Notes: a model not told the origin generated them from the letters alone. 64,000 bases of DNA from an uncultured Planctomycetales bacterium (GCA_964545575.1 CAZJFL010000005.1:8617-72616), one strand, 5' to 3'. Positions 30,294-40,362 are shown, numbered from the stretch's first letter. Translations and numbers: made by a program.

Positions 30294-31596
30294 ATTGAGT
30301 ATGCAGATAATGAATTTTTGGAATCAGCCGTTTGTGAAAAAGACCGTTACCGTATCTATTTTTTTAACATTATCAGTGGGCATATTTCTTCGTATCAATA
30401 ACCTCAATAACGTCAATTACAGAACGCCGGACGAAGTTACATATACCTACCAAGCTACAGAAATAGCCAGGTTTGGCACTGGTGCTGTGAAAATATTGGT
30501 TTCCGAATATAATAATGATAATAGGTCCTGGTTTTATCCATCTCCGATCCGCATCGGATATATTGGTTTAGTTGCCGTCATTATGAAAATGACACATACC
30601 CTGGGTGATGAAAGAGCAGGGGCTTATGTGGCGTGCTTTTTTAGCATCATCGGCTTATTGATTCTCATAGCGGCGGGTCTTAAGTTTTTAAATCCGTACA
30701 TAACTTTATTCGGCCTTATTTTTTTAAGTGTCTCACCGATGGACCTGGCTATTGCAAGGCGCGCATGGCAGGACGCCATGCTCGGGAGCCTGGCGGCATT
30801 ACTTATTTACTTATCCTGCGCAATAACGAGTTCCCGCCGCAAAATAATATTGTACGCGTTATTTGTGTTCACGGGAAGTTACTGTATTTTGATTAAAGAA
30901 TCCGGCACTATAATTTATACGATATGTTTGTTATGGGTCCTCTGGATGCTATCGGTCAAGAAGCGGTTATTCCCGGAAGGGGTTTTTTTAACAACCGCAA
31001 GCATTTTGGGCGGATGCCTCAGCATTACCGTCCTTGCTTATATTGGCGGCGGTTTTCCGGTCATTATAGAGGCTTTGAAACATCATCTGGGATCGATACC
31101 AAATAACCAATATGCGCTGATATATCAATCCGGACCATGGTACAATCTTCCGCTGGGGCTCTGGATAGTAGATCCGGTAAATACGATTTTGTGTCTTATC
31201 GGCACCATTACAGCGCTCTTTAATGGCGTGTCTAACCTAAAAAATTTAGACGAGCAAGATTACGAAAAACGATTTGCTGTGCCCGGGATAGCATTTTTTA
31301 TGATAGCGTTTCTGGCTATTACCATGCTTGCCCCGCATTGTCAAAACCTGAGATATTTAAGCGTTTTATACGTGCCGTTTTATCTTATGGCTGGATTGGG
31401 ACTATGGCGTTTTATTTTGTTTTGCAAAAACAGGAAAAATACATTACTTTTTATGATTATCGCTGCAGCCGTTTTTGGAATAATAATTACAACGGCAATA
31501 GGAAACTATTTAATTTTCAAGAATCTTTTTGTCGATGTAGGGCTCAATGACCTCTCGGTTAATCTGTTAAAAAAATACGCCCTTATTGTCAGATAA
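30283..31596 (+). CDS. GT-C-fold membrane glycosyltransferase (ArnT/PMT-like, GT39/GT83-like)
   Basis: About 11 predicted TM helices; first-loop acidic motif YRTPDEVTY; immediately downstream of the GT2 fusion. Confidence 0.6.
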   Translation: MAPKLSMQIMNFWNQPFVKKTVTVSIFLTLSVGIFLRINNLNNVNYRTPDEVTYTYQATEIARFGTGAVKILVSEYNNDNRSWFYPSPIRIGYIGLVAVIMKMTHTLGDERAGAYVACFFSIIGLLILIAAGLKFLNPYITLFGLIFLSVSPMDLAIARRAWQDAMLGSLAALLIYLSCAITSSRRKIILYALFVFTGSYCILIKESGTIIYTICLLWVLWMLSVKKRLFPEGVFLTTASILGGCLSITVLAYIGGGFPVIIEALKHHLGSIPNNQYALIYQSGPWYNLPLGLWIVDPVNTILCLIGTITALFNGVSNLKNLDEQDYEKRFAVPGIAFFMIAFLAITMLAPHCQNLRYLSVLYVPFYLMAGLGLWRFILFCKNRKNTLLFMIIAAAVFGIIITTAIGNYLIFKNLFVDVGLNDLSVNLLKKYALIVR

Positions 31597-31688
31597 TAAG
31601 ATCGAAAGGTGGGGTGTCCCATTGAGGACGGGAGGACGGGGACGTTTCCCAAAGGGACAGCATAATAGTACATAACCATTGTAATATA

Positions 31689-32879
31689 ATGAATAACAAG
31701 GGTGTGCATATAAGAACTTTCGGCTGCCAAATGAATGTCCGCGATTCGGAAGTCATCTGCGGGCTGCTAAAGAAAGAGGGGTATAAAATAGTAGACGAGC
31801 CGAAGAAGGCAGATATCCTAATTTTTAATACCTGTTCCGTCAGGCAGCATGCAGAAGAAAAAATTTGGTCGGCGTTAGGTAAACTCAGGGTTCATAGTTT
31901 AGCTAAGCCCACAATTGGGCTTATCGGCTGTATGGCACAGAATTACAAAGAGAAAATTTTTGAACGCGCGCCAAACGTTGATTTTGTAATCGGCCCATCC
32001 GATATTGCCAAGATTCCTGAGATGATTTCACGGTTCACGGTTCACGGTTCTCGGTTATCGCAATCAGGAAATAAACGAACACCGAACACCGAACACCGAA
32101 CACCGAGCGCTGAGCTCTTTGAGCGCAAAATCTGGGAAACTGATGGCGATATCCGGCCGGAAGAAATTTATCATACCGGATTTTACGAAGACAAAAATCA
32201 CGCCTATGTGGTCATTTCCGAGGGCTGCTCTAATTTCTGCTCTTATTGCGTAGTGCCTTATGTGCGGGGCCCTTTACATAACCGAAATCATAAGGATATA
32301 TTAAAAGAGATAGAAGGGGCAGTGGAGCAGGGTATAACCCGGATTACCCTTCTGGGGCAAAATGTTAGCGCTTATAAAGATAATCAAGTTGGGTTCGTGG
32401 AATTAGTTAAATTAGTTGAATTAGTGAAGGGGTTGGAGGAGTTTAGTTTTATTACATCTCATCCGAAAGATACATCGGCCGAGCTGTTTAAAGCCATGCG
32501 CGATAGGGGAAAATTAAAAAAATACCTGCATCTTCCGGTGCAGTCCGGATCAGACCGGATTTTGCAATTGATGAACCGCGGATACACCCGAAAATTTTAT
32601 TTAGGTTTAATAGATAATTATCGTAAAGTAGTAAAAAATGGCGTGTTGACTACGGATATAATTGTTGGCTTTCCGGGCGAGACCGAAGATGATTTCAAGG
32701 ATACATATAATTTAGTTAAAGAGGTACAATTTGACGCGGCCTATATTTTTAAATATTCTCCCCGGCCGAATACCCAAGCCGAAAAGTTAGGTGATGGTGT
32801 GCCTAAAAACGAGAAAGAGAGCAGGCACGCGCTTATACTAGAATTGCAGAAGAAGATATCTAAGAGTAAAAAATGTTAA
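31689..32879 (+). CDS. miaB: MiaB-like radical-SAM methylthiotransferase (tRNA-i6A37 2-methylthiolation); about 25-aa linker insertion; TRAM domain apparently absent
   Basis: MTTase N-domain cysteines (FGCQMN...NTCSVR...GCMAQ), radical SAM CSNFCSYCVVPY; only 396 aa; miaA two genes downstream. Confidence 0.75.
   Translation: MNNKGVHIRTFGCQMNVRDSEVICGLLKKEGYKIVDEPKKADILIFNTCSVRQHAEEKIWSALGKLRVHSLAKPTIGLIGCMAQNYKEKIFERAPNVDFVIGPSDIAKIPEMISRFTVHGSRLSQSGNKRTPNTEHRTPSAELFERKIWETDGDIRPEEIYHTGFYEDKNHAYVVISEGCSNFCSYCVVPYVRGPLHNRNHKDILKEIEGAVEQGITRITLLGQNVSAYKDNQVGFVELVKLVELVKGLEEFSFITSHPKDTSAELFKAMRDRGKLKKYLHLPVQSGSDRILQLMNRGYTRKFYLGLIDNYRKVVKNGVLTTDIIVGFPGETEDDFKDTYNLVKEVQFDAAYIFKYSPRPNTQAEKLGDGVPKNEKESRHALILELQKKISKSKKC
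32027..32061 (+). repeat. (TTCACGG)x3 + TTCTCGG + TTATCGC heptamer array inside the miaB-like linker
   Basis: ttcacgg ttcacgg ttcacgg ttctcgg ttatcgc read directly. Confidence 0.9.
32076..32103 (+). repeat. (CGAACAC)x4 heptamer array inside the miaB-like linker, 15 nt after the previous array
   Basis: cgaacac cgaacac cgaacac cgaacac cgag; encodes NTEHRTPNTEHRTPS-like low complexity. Confidence 0.9.
32399..32425 (+). repeat. 9-nt tandem repeat GAATTAGTT-AAATTAGTT-GAATTAGTG inside miaB-like (encodes ELVKLVELV)
   Basis: Read directly. Confidence 0.8.
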
Positions 32880-33679
32880 ATCCAAAACAGAAATTTTGTC
32901 ATTGGGTATTTGTATTTGGGATTTATTTTGAATTTTGTGCTTTGGTATTTGGATTTTACAGTAATGCTTATGCCCTCGATTTGACCAAGGTCAAGGCCTG
33001 CTTTCTAAAAGGCGATTATAAGTCTGCGATAATAGAAGGAGAAAAAAACTTGGGTAGTGCCACCGGTAACAGCTATGGATTAGATGAGCTTTATTATATC
33101 TTAGGTTTAAGTTATCTAAAAGATGGTAATTATCTGCGCGCTACGGATATATTCGAGATTATTTTAAGGGAGTTTAAAAGGAGCGCCTTTGGAGATGAGG
33201 CTAAATTAGCTTTGGGCGATACCTATTTTTTAAAAGGCGAATACGCAAGAGCGCAAACATATTATAAAGAGCTGGCGGATAGCAAGCGCCAGCATAAACT
33301 GAAGCCTTTGGCATACGAGCGCCTCAGCCAGTGCGCCCTGAAAACCGGCAATACCGGGGAAGCAAGAAATTATTTAGCCAAGCTTAAGATTGAGTTTCCG
33401 CTTGCCCTTAACCTGGGAAATCAGATTAATAAAGAAGCAGCTATCCCTTCGGATTTATACTACACCGTGCAGGTAGGTTCCTTTTCCAATCAGGTAAATG
33501 CCAGGAATCTGGCGCAGAACTTAATTAATCAAGGCTGCCCCGCCTACCTGGAAGAATCAAATTCTCAGGGAGAAGTAAGTTACCGCGTCAGGGCAGGGAA
33601 GTTCCATTCCCGGCAGGAGGCGGCGGATTTAGAAAAGAAGCTCGTAGCGCTTGGCTATCCCACTAAGATATTCCCTTAG
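32873..33679 (+). CDS. secreted TPR + SPOR-domain protein (septal peptidoglycan-binding)
   Basis: Signal peptide; TPR units; C-terminal SPOR-like YYTVQVGSFSNQVNARNLAQNL...YRVRAGKFHSRQEAADLEKKL. Confidence 0.7.
   Translation: MLNPKQKFCHWVFVFGIYFEFCALVFGFYSNAYALDLTKVKACFLKGDYKSAIIEGEKNLGSATGNSYGLDELYYILGLSYLKDGNYLRATDIFEIILREFKRSAFGDEAKLALGDTYFLKGEYARAQTYYKELADSKRQHKLKPLAYERLSQCALKTGNTGEARNYLAKLKIEFPLALNLGNQINKEAAIPSDLYYTVQVGSFSNQVNARNLAQNLINQGCPAYLEESNSQGEVSYRVRAGKFHSRQEAADLEKKLVALGYPTKIFP
32902..32957 (+). repeat. 8 consecutive 7-nt periodic units (TTGGGTA TTTGTAT TTGGGAT TTATTTT GAATTTT GTGCTTT GGTATTT GGATTTT) encoding the SPOR/TPR signal peptide
   Basis: Read directly; same TTGGGRT/TTTGGAT family as the surA and lptD signal peptides. 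Confidence 0.75.
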
Positions 33680-33688
33680 GGGTTAAAT

Positions 33689-34606
33689 ATGAAGCCTGAA
33701 ATTTTATTCCTTGTCGGCCCCACCGCAGTAGGTAAAAGCGAAATTGCGGCTAAGTTAGCTCAAAAATTAAGAGCTGAAATCATCTCCTGCGACTCCATGC
33801 AGATCTACCGGGGGATGGAGATCATTACTTCTTATCCTGCGCCTGCCTTACGAAAAAAGGTTAAACACCATTTGCTCGGCATGGTTTCACCGCTAGCAGA
33901 ATTTGATGTTTCCCGCTACCGCAGGGAGGCGTTAAGAAAAATAAAGGCAATCATCAAGAAAGGCAAAATCCCGCTTTTTGTCGGCGGGACAGGGCTTTAT
34001 CTGTCTATAGTTATAGACGGGATATTTAAAGCCAGGCCTGCGGATAAAAAAATCCGCACCCGGCTCTACAAGCAGGCAGAAAAGTTCGGCAACGGGCATC
34101 TACACGCACGTTTAAAGAAAGTTGATCCTGAGGCAGCCGCAAAAATCCACCCCCACGATACCAGACGCCTGATTAGGGCCCTGGAGGTTTTTACGGCCAC
34201 CGGCAAACCCATATCGCTGCTGCAAAAGCAAAGGCGGGGCCTGGATAAAGAATATACCTTCAAGATTTTCTGCCTGAATATGCCCGGTCAGGATTTAGAG
34301 CAGAGGATCCAGCGCCGTATCGAGAAGATGTTTAAGCAGGGCTTATTGAGCGAAGTAATACGCCTGGTTAAATTAAAATTGAGCCGGACTGCTGCCAGCG
34401 CTATCGGGATAAAAGAATTAAAGGGTTATCTAGAAGGCGCCTATGACCTGGAAGAGGCAAAGCGGCTATTGAAACGCAATACCCGTTTGTATGCTAAGCG
34501 GCAACTTACCTGGTTCAGGAAGGATAAGCGGATAAACTGGGTTAATATAGAAGAGAAAGAAAAGCCCGGGCAGATTGCGATGCGGATATGGAAAGAGCTT
34601 TATTAG
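33689..34606 (+). CDS. miaA: tRNA dimethylallyltransferase MiaA
   Basis: P-loop LFLVGPTAVGKSEIA, SCDSMQIYRGMEI, 305 aa. Confidence 0.9.
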   Translation: MKPEILFLVGPTAVGKSEIAAKLAQKLRAEIISCDSMQIYRGMEIITSYPAPALRKKVKHHLLGMVSPLAEFDVSRYRREALRKIKAIIKKGKIPLFVGGTGLYLSIVIDGIFKARPADKKIRTRLYKQAEKFGNGHLHARLKKVDPEAAAKIHPHDTRRLIRALEVFTATGKPISLLQKQRRGLDKEYTFKIFCLNMPGQDLEQRIQRRIEKMFKQGLLSEVIRLVKLKLSRTAASAIGIKELKGYLEGAYDLEEAKRLLKRNTRLYAKRQLTWFRKDKRINWVNIEEKEKPGQIAMRIWKELY

Positions 34607-35847
34607 TCAGTATAAGGTTTGATTCCGAAATTGAAGAATGGCAGCTAGAAGATACTGCCAGTGAATTGGAAGAATTAGTTTCTGCCTGCGCGGTCAAGAT
34701 GGTGGATAATGTCAGCTGTTTACGCGATAAGCCAACCCCTAATCTGCTCATCGGAAAAGGCAAGGTCGAGGAACTGGCCTATTTCTGCCAGGAAGAAGAA
34801 ATAGATACGGTAATTTTCAGCCACGATCTGTCAGGCACGCAGCAAAGGAACCTGGAAGATGCAATAGGCAAGAAGACCATTGACCGGACGCAGGTAATTT
34901 TAGATATTTTTGCCCGTCACGCCAAAACCCCGCAAGGAAAAATGCAGGTAGAATTAGCGCAATTACAGTATCTGCTTCCGCGCCTGGTAGGAAAAGGAAT
35001 CATCCTTTCGCGTCTGGGCGGGGGTATCGGAACAAGAGGTCCGGGAGAGCAGAAACTTGAAATTGACCGACGCCGGATCAGGGAGAAGATCGATAAGCTA
35101 AAAGCCGATCTTAAGAAATATTCTCTGCACCGCCTGACCGCTAAGAAAAAAAGAAAAGAAAGCGCGATACCATCCGTCGCCTTAGTCGGTTATACTAACG
35201 CCGGAAAATCCACGCTTTTAAATACCCTCACCGGGGCGTCTCAGGCCGTAGCCGACGGCTTATTTACTACCTTAGACCCGCTCTCTAAAGGGTTAGTCCT
35301 GGATAACGGAGAGCACATTGTGCTCTCGGATACGGTAGGTTTTTTGCATCATCTTCCGCACCACCTGATAGAGGCCTTTAAGGCTACTCTGGAAGAGGTG
35401 GTAGAAGCGGATTTATTAATCCATGTACTTGATGTGTCTTCACCAAACATATACGAATATAATCGTGCCGTGCACGCGGTGTTAAAGCAGCTGGGAACGG
35501 ATAAGAAGCCGATGATCACGGCTTTGAATAAAATAGATCTTTTAGATGACCAAGCATGGCTAGGCAAGCTCAAGCAAGATTTTATCAATCCCATCCCGGT
35601 ATCGGCAAAGCTTAAGCAGAACCTGGATATTCTGGTGCAGGAGTTAGAAAAGCATTTTAGCGCTCGGATGGAACACCTTGAATTGCTCCTGCCGCATGCG
35701 CGAATGGACCTGGTGGATTTATTTTACCGTCAAGGCAAGGTTGAAGAAATAAAATACCTGCAGAAAGGGATAAAAGTTAAAGTAAACCTGCCAAAGACCC
35801 TAGCCTACAACTTATTAAAAAGCAAGGCGATAGAAAAAGTCGATTAG
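34588..35847 (+). CDS. hflX: GTPase HflX
   Basis: HflX N-domain, G1 VALVGYTNAGKSTLLN, G3 DTVGF, G4 NKID. Confidence 0.9.
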   Translation: MERALLVSIRFDSEIEEWQLEDTASELEELVSACAVKMVDNVSCLRDKPTPNLLIGKGKVEELAYFCQEEEIDTVIFSHDLSGTQQRNLEDAIGKKTIDRTQVILDIFARHAKTPQGKMQVELAQLQYLLPRLVGKGIILSRLGGGIGTRGPGEQKLEIDRRRIREKIDKLKADLKKYSLHRLTAKKKRKESAIPSVALVGYTNAGKSTLLNTLTGASQAVADGLFTTLDPLSKGLVLDNGEHIVLSDTVGFLHHLPHHLIEAFKATLEEVVEADLLIHVLDVSSPNIYEYNRAVHAVLKQLGTDKKPMITALNKIDLLDDQAWLGKLKQDFINPIPVSAKLKQNLDILVQELEKHFSARMEHLELLLPHARMDLVDLFYRQGKVEEIKYLQKGIKVKVNLPKTLAYNLLKSKAIEKVD

Positions 35848-35853
35848 TATGCA

Positions 35854-35880
35854 TTAGCACTCTTAAGTAGAGAGTGCTAA
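35854..35880 (+). promoter_or_regulatory. CIRCE operator TTAGCACTC-N9-GAGTGCTAA (HrcA binding site)
   Basis: Perfect match to the CIRCE consensus read directly, overlapping the -35 of the hrcA promoter. Confidence 0.9.
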
Positions 35881-35887
35881 AAATAGG

Positions 35888-35915
35888 TTGACAAAGCAGG
35901 CATTTGTGTTAAAAT
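35888..35915 (+). promoter_or_regulatory. candidate sigma70 promoter TTGACA-16-TAAAAT for the hrcA-grpE-dnaK-dnaJ operon
   Basis: ggttgacaaagcaggcatttgtgttaaaat read directly, immediately after CIRCE. Confidence 0.55.
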
Positions 35916-35965
35916 TTATTTTTTGGCACTCCTATAGGGGATAATAGCTAAAGAGGCAAGTAAAT

Positions 35966-36703
35966 ATGGTTAAAAATATAGACCACGAATCCAGAAGAAG
36001 GGCGGTTTTGGCGGCGACCATCAATATGTATATAAAAGAAGCTTTACCTGTGGCTTCCGAAGATATCGCCCGGGATTTCGGCGTCAGTTCCGCCACTATC
36101 CGCAATATCTTTGCTGAGCTGGAGGACTCCGGATATATCACCCATCCTTATACTTCCGGCGGCAGGATCCCCACTAATAAAGGTTACCGTTACTACGTAG
36201 ATTTTTTGATTTTACAGATGCAGCTTTTAGGGGCGGAAAAGCAACGCATCCTGAATGAATATAAAAAAGAGGCATGCCGGCTGGAGGATGCCCTGGAGCA
36301 GACTTCCGAGATCCTCTGTGATATTACGCATTACGCCGGTATTGTTTCTCTCTCTGACCGGCAGGACAGATTTTACTATAAAGGAATAAGTTATATATTA
36401 GAGCAGCCGGAGTTCCGTAATATAGACAGGATGCGCTTGATGGTCAGGATGCTGGAAGAGAAACACGATTTACTGGGCGTGATTAACCGTGATCCGGGGG
36501 ATAAAGTGAGGGTCTATATCGGAGGCGAATTAGACTGTCCCGGAATGGAGGATTGTTCATTAGTGGTTTCCGCTTACAGTTTAAAAGATAGGCCTTTAGG
36601 CAGAATCGCCGTTTTAGGGCCGGCACGGATGGAATACAGGCATACTATTCCGGCGCTGGAATACATCTCGGAGGTTTTAACCGGGGTCTTGGAAGGAATC
36701 TAA
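35966..36703 (+). CDS. hrcA: heat-inducible transcription repressor HrcA (short, 245 aa)
   Basis: N-terminal winged-helix region (RRRAVLAATINMYIKEALPVASEDIARDFGVSSATIRNIFAELEDSGYITHPYTSGGRIPT); CIRCE upstream; grpE-dnaK-dnaJ downstream. Confidence 0.8.
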   Translation: MVKNIDHESRRRAVLAATINMYIKEALPVASEDIARDFGVSSATIRNIFAELEDSGYITHPYTSGGRIPTNKGYRYYVDFLILQMQLLGAEKQRILNEYKKEACRLEDALEQTSEILCDITHYAGIVSLSDRQDRFYYKGISYILEQPEFRNIDRMRLMVRMLEEKHDLLGVINRDPGDKVRVYIGGELDCPGMEDCSLVVSAYSLKDRPLGRIAVLGPARMEYRHTIPALEYISEVLTGVLEGI

Positions 36704-36704
36704 T

Positions 36705-37220
36705 ATGCCCGAGCATAAAGAGAATAATAAAGAAGAAAAAATAGTTTCCCTAAAAGAATCGGAATATTTAAAATTAAAAGAGGACGCCGCAAAGGCCGGA
36801 GAATACTGGGATAGGATTTTAAGGCTGCAGGCTGATTTTGAGAATACGCGTAAGCGCCTGGAAAAAGATAAGCAGGACTTTGCTAAGTTCGCTAATGAGG
36901 GGATTGTTCTAGAGCTGCTGAATATCTTGGATGATTTAGAACGGGCAGTAGATTTGGCAGAGTCAAAGCATCAGGACCTCCCCGGCTTTTTAAAAGGCGT
37001 AGAAATGATCCTGGCGCACCTTTACGAATTATTGAAGGAATACGGGGTCAGGCCTATCGAGGCAAAAGGCAAGCCTTTTGACCCGCATTACCACGAAGCG
37101 CTGATGCAGATAGAGGATAAAAACGTTCCTGAGCATACAATCGTAGAGGAAATGCAAAAAGGTTATTTATTAAACGATAAGGTGATCAGAACCGTAAAAG
37201 TAAAAGTTTCTAAAAAATAA
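36705..37220 (+). CDS. grpE: nucleotide exchange factor GrpE
   Basis: RLQADFENTRKR ... GIVLELL ... GYLLNDKVIRTVKV motifs. Confidence 0.85.
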   Translation: MPEHKENNKEEKIVSLKESEYLKLKEDAAKAGEYWDRILRLQADFENTRKRLEKDKQDFAKFANEGIVLELLNILDDLERAVDLAESKHQDLPGFLKGVEMILAHLYELLKEYGVRPIEAKGKPFDPHYHEALMQIEDKNVPEHTIVEEMQKGYLLNDKVIRTVKVKVSKK

Positions 37221-37316
37221 CACCCGGCCATATCGGATTGGCCGGTGCGCCCTTTCTGGACAAGCACCCAATCCTAAAGGATGGATTGGTGTGTGTCCCT
37301 ACACAAGGAGGTTAAT

Positions 37317-39230
37317 ATGGCAAAAGTAATTGGTATTGATTTGGGGACTTCTAACTCAGCAGCCGCGGTAATGGAGGCGGGGAGGCCGGTGATTATCCCT
37401 TCCGCGGAAGGTGCCGGCGTTGCCTCGGGAAAGGCGTTTCCTTCTTATGTTGCTTTTACCAAAGACGGGCAGCGCTTGGTCGGCGAGCCGGCAAGAAGGC
37501 AGGCAGCGATAAATGCCGAGGGGACAATCCAGGCAGCTAAACGTAAGATGGGCACGGATTTTAAGTTTAAGGTCTTTGGTAAGGAATATACACCGCAGCA
37601 GATCTCTGCTTTTATCCTGCAGAAGATCAAGCAGGATGCTGAAAGTTATCTTGGCGATAAAGTAGAGGAGGCAGTAATTACCTGCCCCGCATATTTTGAC
37701 GATAATCAGCGCACCGCGACCAAAGACGCCGGAGAGATCGCAGGATTAAAGGTCTTAAGGATCATCAATGAGCCGACAGCCGCGTGTCTGGCCTACGGCC
37801 TGGAGAAGGCCGGGAAAGAATTAAAGATCCTGGTTTTTGATTTCGGCGGCGGAACCCTAGACGTCACGATTATGGAAATGTGGAAAGAGGGCGGCTTTAA
37901 GGTTATGGCTACCAGCGGCGATACGCAGCTGGGCGGTACGGACATGGATAACGTGCTCATTGATTATATTGCCAATCAATTTAAGCGCGAGACCGGGATA
38001 GACCTCAAGAATGACAAAATGGCGATGCAGCGCCTGCGCGAAGGAGCAGAAAAAGCTAAGGTGGAACTTTCTAGCACTCTGACGACAGACATTAACCTGC
38101 CCTTTATTACCGCCGATGCTAGCGGCCCCAAGCATTTAACTATGCCGATTAACCGCGCAAAACTGGAAGAGTTGGTCGGCCCGATTATTGAAAGATGCCA
38201 GGGCCCTTTAGAAAGGGCATTAAAGGATGCCAGGGAGGCTTTTTCCAAAGAAGGGGTGGAGTTTGGAGAGAAGGGCGTAGATAGGATTATTATGGTCGGC
38301 GGCCCGACCAGGATGCCTATTGTGCAGAAGTTTGTGGAGGATTATTTCGGCAAGAAGATCGAACGCGGAGTAGACCCGATGGAGTGCGTTGCCTTGGGTG
38401 CAGCCATCCAGGCAGCGATCATTAAGGGAGATGTTAAGGATGTGCTGCTTTTGGATGTTACTCCGCTATCTTTAGGCATTGAGACCTTAGGCGGAGTAAA
38501 TACCAAGCTCATTGAGAGGAATACTACTATTCCTACCAAAAAGAGCCAGATATTTTCTACGGCGGCGGATAATCAGACCGCGGTGACCATCCGTGTTCTC
38601 CAGGGCGAGCGTTCTATGGCAGACGATAACGTAGAATTGGGAAGATTCGACTTGGTAGGAATACCGGCAGCGCCCCGCGGAGTCCCGCAGATCGAAGTCG
38701 CCTTTGATATCGATGCTAACGGTATCGTGCACGTTGCGGCAAAAGACTTAGGCACGGGTAAAGAACAGAAAATCCAGATTAGCGCGCCTAAGAAGCTGTC
38801 TAAAGAAGAAATTGACAAGATGGTTAAAGACGCGGATAAGTTTGCCGCGGAGGATGCTAAGAAGAAAGAAGAAGTAGAGGCTATTAATCAGGCAGATAAT
38901 CTGGTTTACGCTACCGAAAAATCGCTGAAAGATTACGGCGATAAAGTGAGCCAGCAGGAACGCGCTGACATCGAGTCTAGAGCTAATGATTTAAAGACAG
39001 CGATTAAAGATAAGAACTTAGAGAGGATTAAAAAAGGCATGGATGAATTGACCAAGGCCTCGCATAAGTTAGCCGAAGAGATCTATAAGCAGGCAGCGGC
39101 GAAGCAACAGCAGTCGCAGGGAGCTGCCGGCGGCGGCAAGGCAGCAGGAGAGGGGCCGCAGGAAGAGCCGAAGAAAAAAGAAGAAGATATTATCGACGCG
39201 GAATATAAGGAAGAAGATGATAAAAAATAA
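37317..39230 (+). CDS. dnaK: chaperone DnaK (ORF track start 37281; ATG after AAGGAGG at 37317 preferred)
   Basis: [30 protein letters not shown]... Hsp70 signatures; EEDD-rich C-terminus. Confidence 0.95.
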   Translation: MAKVIGIDLGTSNSAAAVMEAGRPVIIPSAEGAGVASGKAFPSYVAFTKDGQRLVGEPARRQAAINAEGTIQAAKRKMGTDFKFKVFGKEYTPQQISAFILQKIKQDAESYLGDKVEEAVITCPAYFDDNQRTATKDAGEIAGLKVLRIINEPTAACLAYGLEKAGKELKILVFDFGGGTLDVTIMEMWKEGGFKVMATSGDTQLGGTDMDNVLIDYIANQFKRETGIDLKNDKMAMQRLREGAEKAKVELSSTLTTDINLPFITADASGPKHLTMPINRAKLEELVGPIIERCQGPLERALKDAREAFSKEGVEFGEKGVDRIIMVGGPTRMPIVQKFVEDYFGKKIERGVDPMECVALGAAIQAAIIKGDVKDVLLLDVTPLSLGIETLGGVNTKLIERNTTIPTKKSQIFSTAADNQTAVTIRVLQGERSMADDNVELGRFDLVGIPAAPRGVPQIEVAFDIDANGIVHVAAKDLGTGKEQKIQISAPKKLSKEEIDKMVKDADKFAAEDAKKKEEVEAINQADNLVYATEKSLKDYGDKVSQQERADIESRANDLKTAIKDKNLERIKKGMDELTKASHKLAEEIYKQAAAKQQQSQGAAGGGKAAGEGPQEEPKKKEEDIIDAEYKEEDDKK

Positions 39231-40348
39231 TGGCAGCTTCTACCAAACGTGATTATTACGAAATACTAGGGGTTAAGAAGAACGCCTCACTTGACGAAAT
39301 AAAAAAGGCTTACCGCGAGATGGCGCTGCGTTTCCATCCTGATCGCGTACCGGCGGAGCAAAAAAAAGAATCCGAAGAGAAGTTTAAGGAAGTCTCCGAG
39401 GCATACGCGGTTTTATCAGATGCCCAAAAGCGCGCCCTCTACGACCAGTACGGCCATGCTGGAATAGACCAGAAGTACGCCTACGAAGATATTTTTAAGG
39501 GTGCGGATTTTAGCAGCGTATTTCAGGATCTCGGTGACTTTGGCGTCGGGGGAGGGCTTTTTGATGAGATTTTTAGTGACCTGGGGTTTAATATTTTCGG
39601 CGCGCGCGGCGGTGGCGCCAGGGGCGGCGGAAGGCGGCGGGGAAGGGATTTAGAGATAGCCGTAGAAATAGCTTTAGAAGAAGCAGCCGGCGGTAGCGAA
39701 AAGACGATTACCGTCCCCCGTTACGAAATTTGTCCTAGTTGTTCAGGAAGCGGGGCAAAGCCGGGTACCAAAAAAATAACCTGCCCGCAGTGTAAGGGTT
39801 CAGGCCGCACCGTGGTCTCTAACGGTTTTTTTCAATTAGCTCAAACCTGTCCTCGCTGCCGGGGCGAGGGTTCGGTTATTCAGGCGCCATGTCCCGCATG
39901 CCGCGGTGAAGGAAGGGCCAAGGTAACCCGGCGGATTAAAGTTAAGATCCCCGCCGGCGTGGATACGGGTTCGCATTTAAGAATAAGAGGCGAGGGGGAG
40001 GCAGGCAGCGCCGGCCACGGCGATTTATATGTCATTATTGAAGTCCGGCCGCATCCGGTTTTCCAAAGGCACGGCAATGATTTGCTTGCCGAGGTCAACG
40101 TATCTTTAAGCAAGGCGGTATTAGGAGGGGAGGTAAAGGTGCCTACACTGGCCGGCCATGTAGAAATGAAGATACCTTCCGGTACCCAGAGCGGAAAGGT
40201 TTTCCGTTTAAGAGAAAAAGGGGTTCCCGACGTGCATACCAGGGACCGGGGCGATGAGCTAGTCAGAGTCAACGTAGAAATCCCCCTGCGCCTGAATTCT
40301 GCCCAGCGCAAGCTGATGGAAGAGTTTGCCAGGCTCTCCGGAGAATGA
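39230..40348 (+). CDS. dnaJ: chaperone DnaJ
   Basis: J-domain HPD motif (FHPDR), G/F-rich region, four CxxCxGxG zinc-finger repeats. Confidence 0.95.
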   Translation: MAASTKRDYYEILGVKKNASLDEIKKAYREMALRFHPDRVPAEQKKESEEKFKEVSEAYAVLSDAQKRALYDQYGHAGIDQKYAYEDIFKGADFSSVFQDLGDFGVGGGLFDEIFSDLGFNIFGARGGGARGGGRRRGRDLEIAVEIALEEAAGGSEKTITVPRYEICPSCSGSGAKPGTKKITCPQCKGSGRTVVSNGFFQLAQTCPRCRGEGSVIQAPCPACRGEGRAKVTRRIKVKIPAGVDTGSHLRIRGEGEAGSAGHGDLYVIIEVRPHPVFQRHGNDLLAEVNVSLSKAVLGGEVKVPTLAGHVEMKIPSGTQSGKVFRLREKGVPDVHTRDRGDELVRVNVEIPLRLNSAQRKLMEEFARLSGE

Positions 40349-40362
40349 TATAATCTTTACCC

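Noticed and set aside
31597-31688. GC-rich structured intergenic segment upstream of miaB-like (ggtggggtgtcccattgaggacgggaggacggggacgtttcccaaagggacagc)
   Set aside because: It forms a GTCCC/GGGAC hairpin but has no U tract and no match I can recognise to a riboswitch class. Most likely a transcript-end structure for the upstream GT-C gene. Insufficient evidence to call.
39590-39660. GGC/GGCGG-rich repetitive stretch in dnaJ
   Set aside because: It encodes the normal Gly/Arg-rich G/F linker of DnaJ ([17 protein letters not shown]). This is a codon-level repeat, not a separate element.
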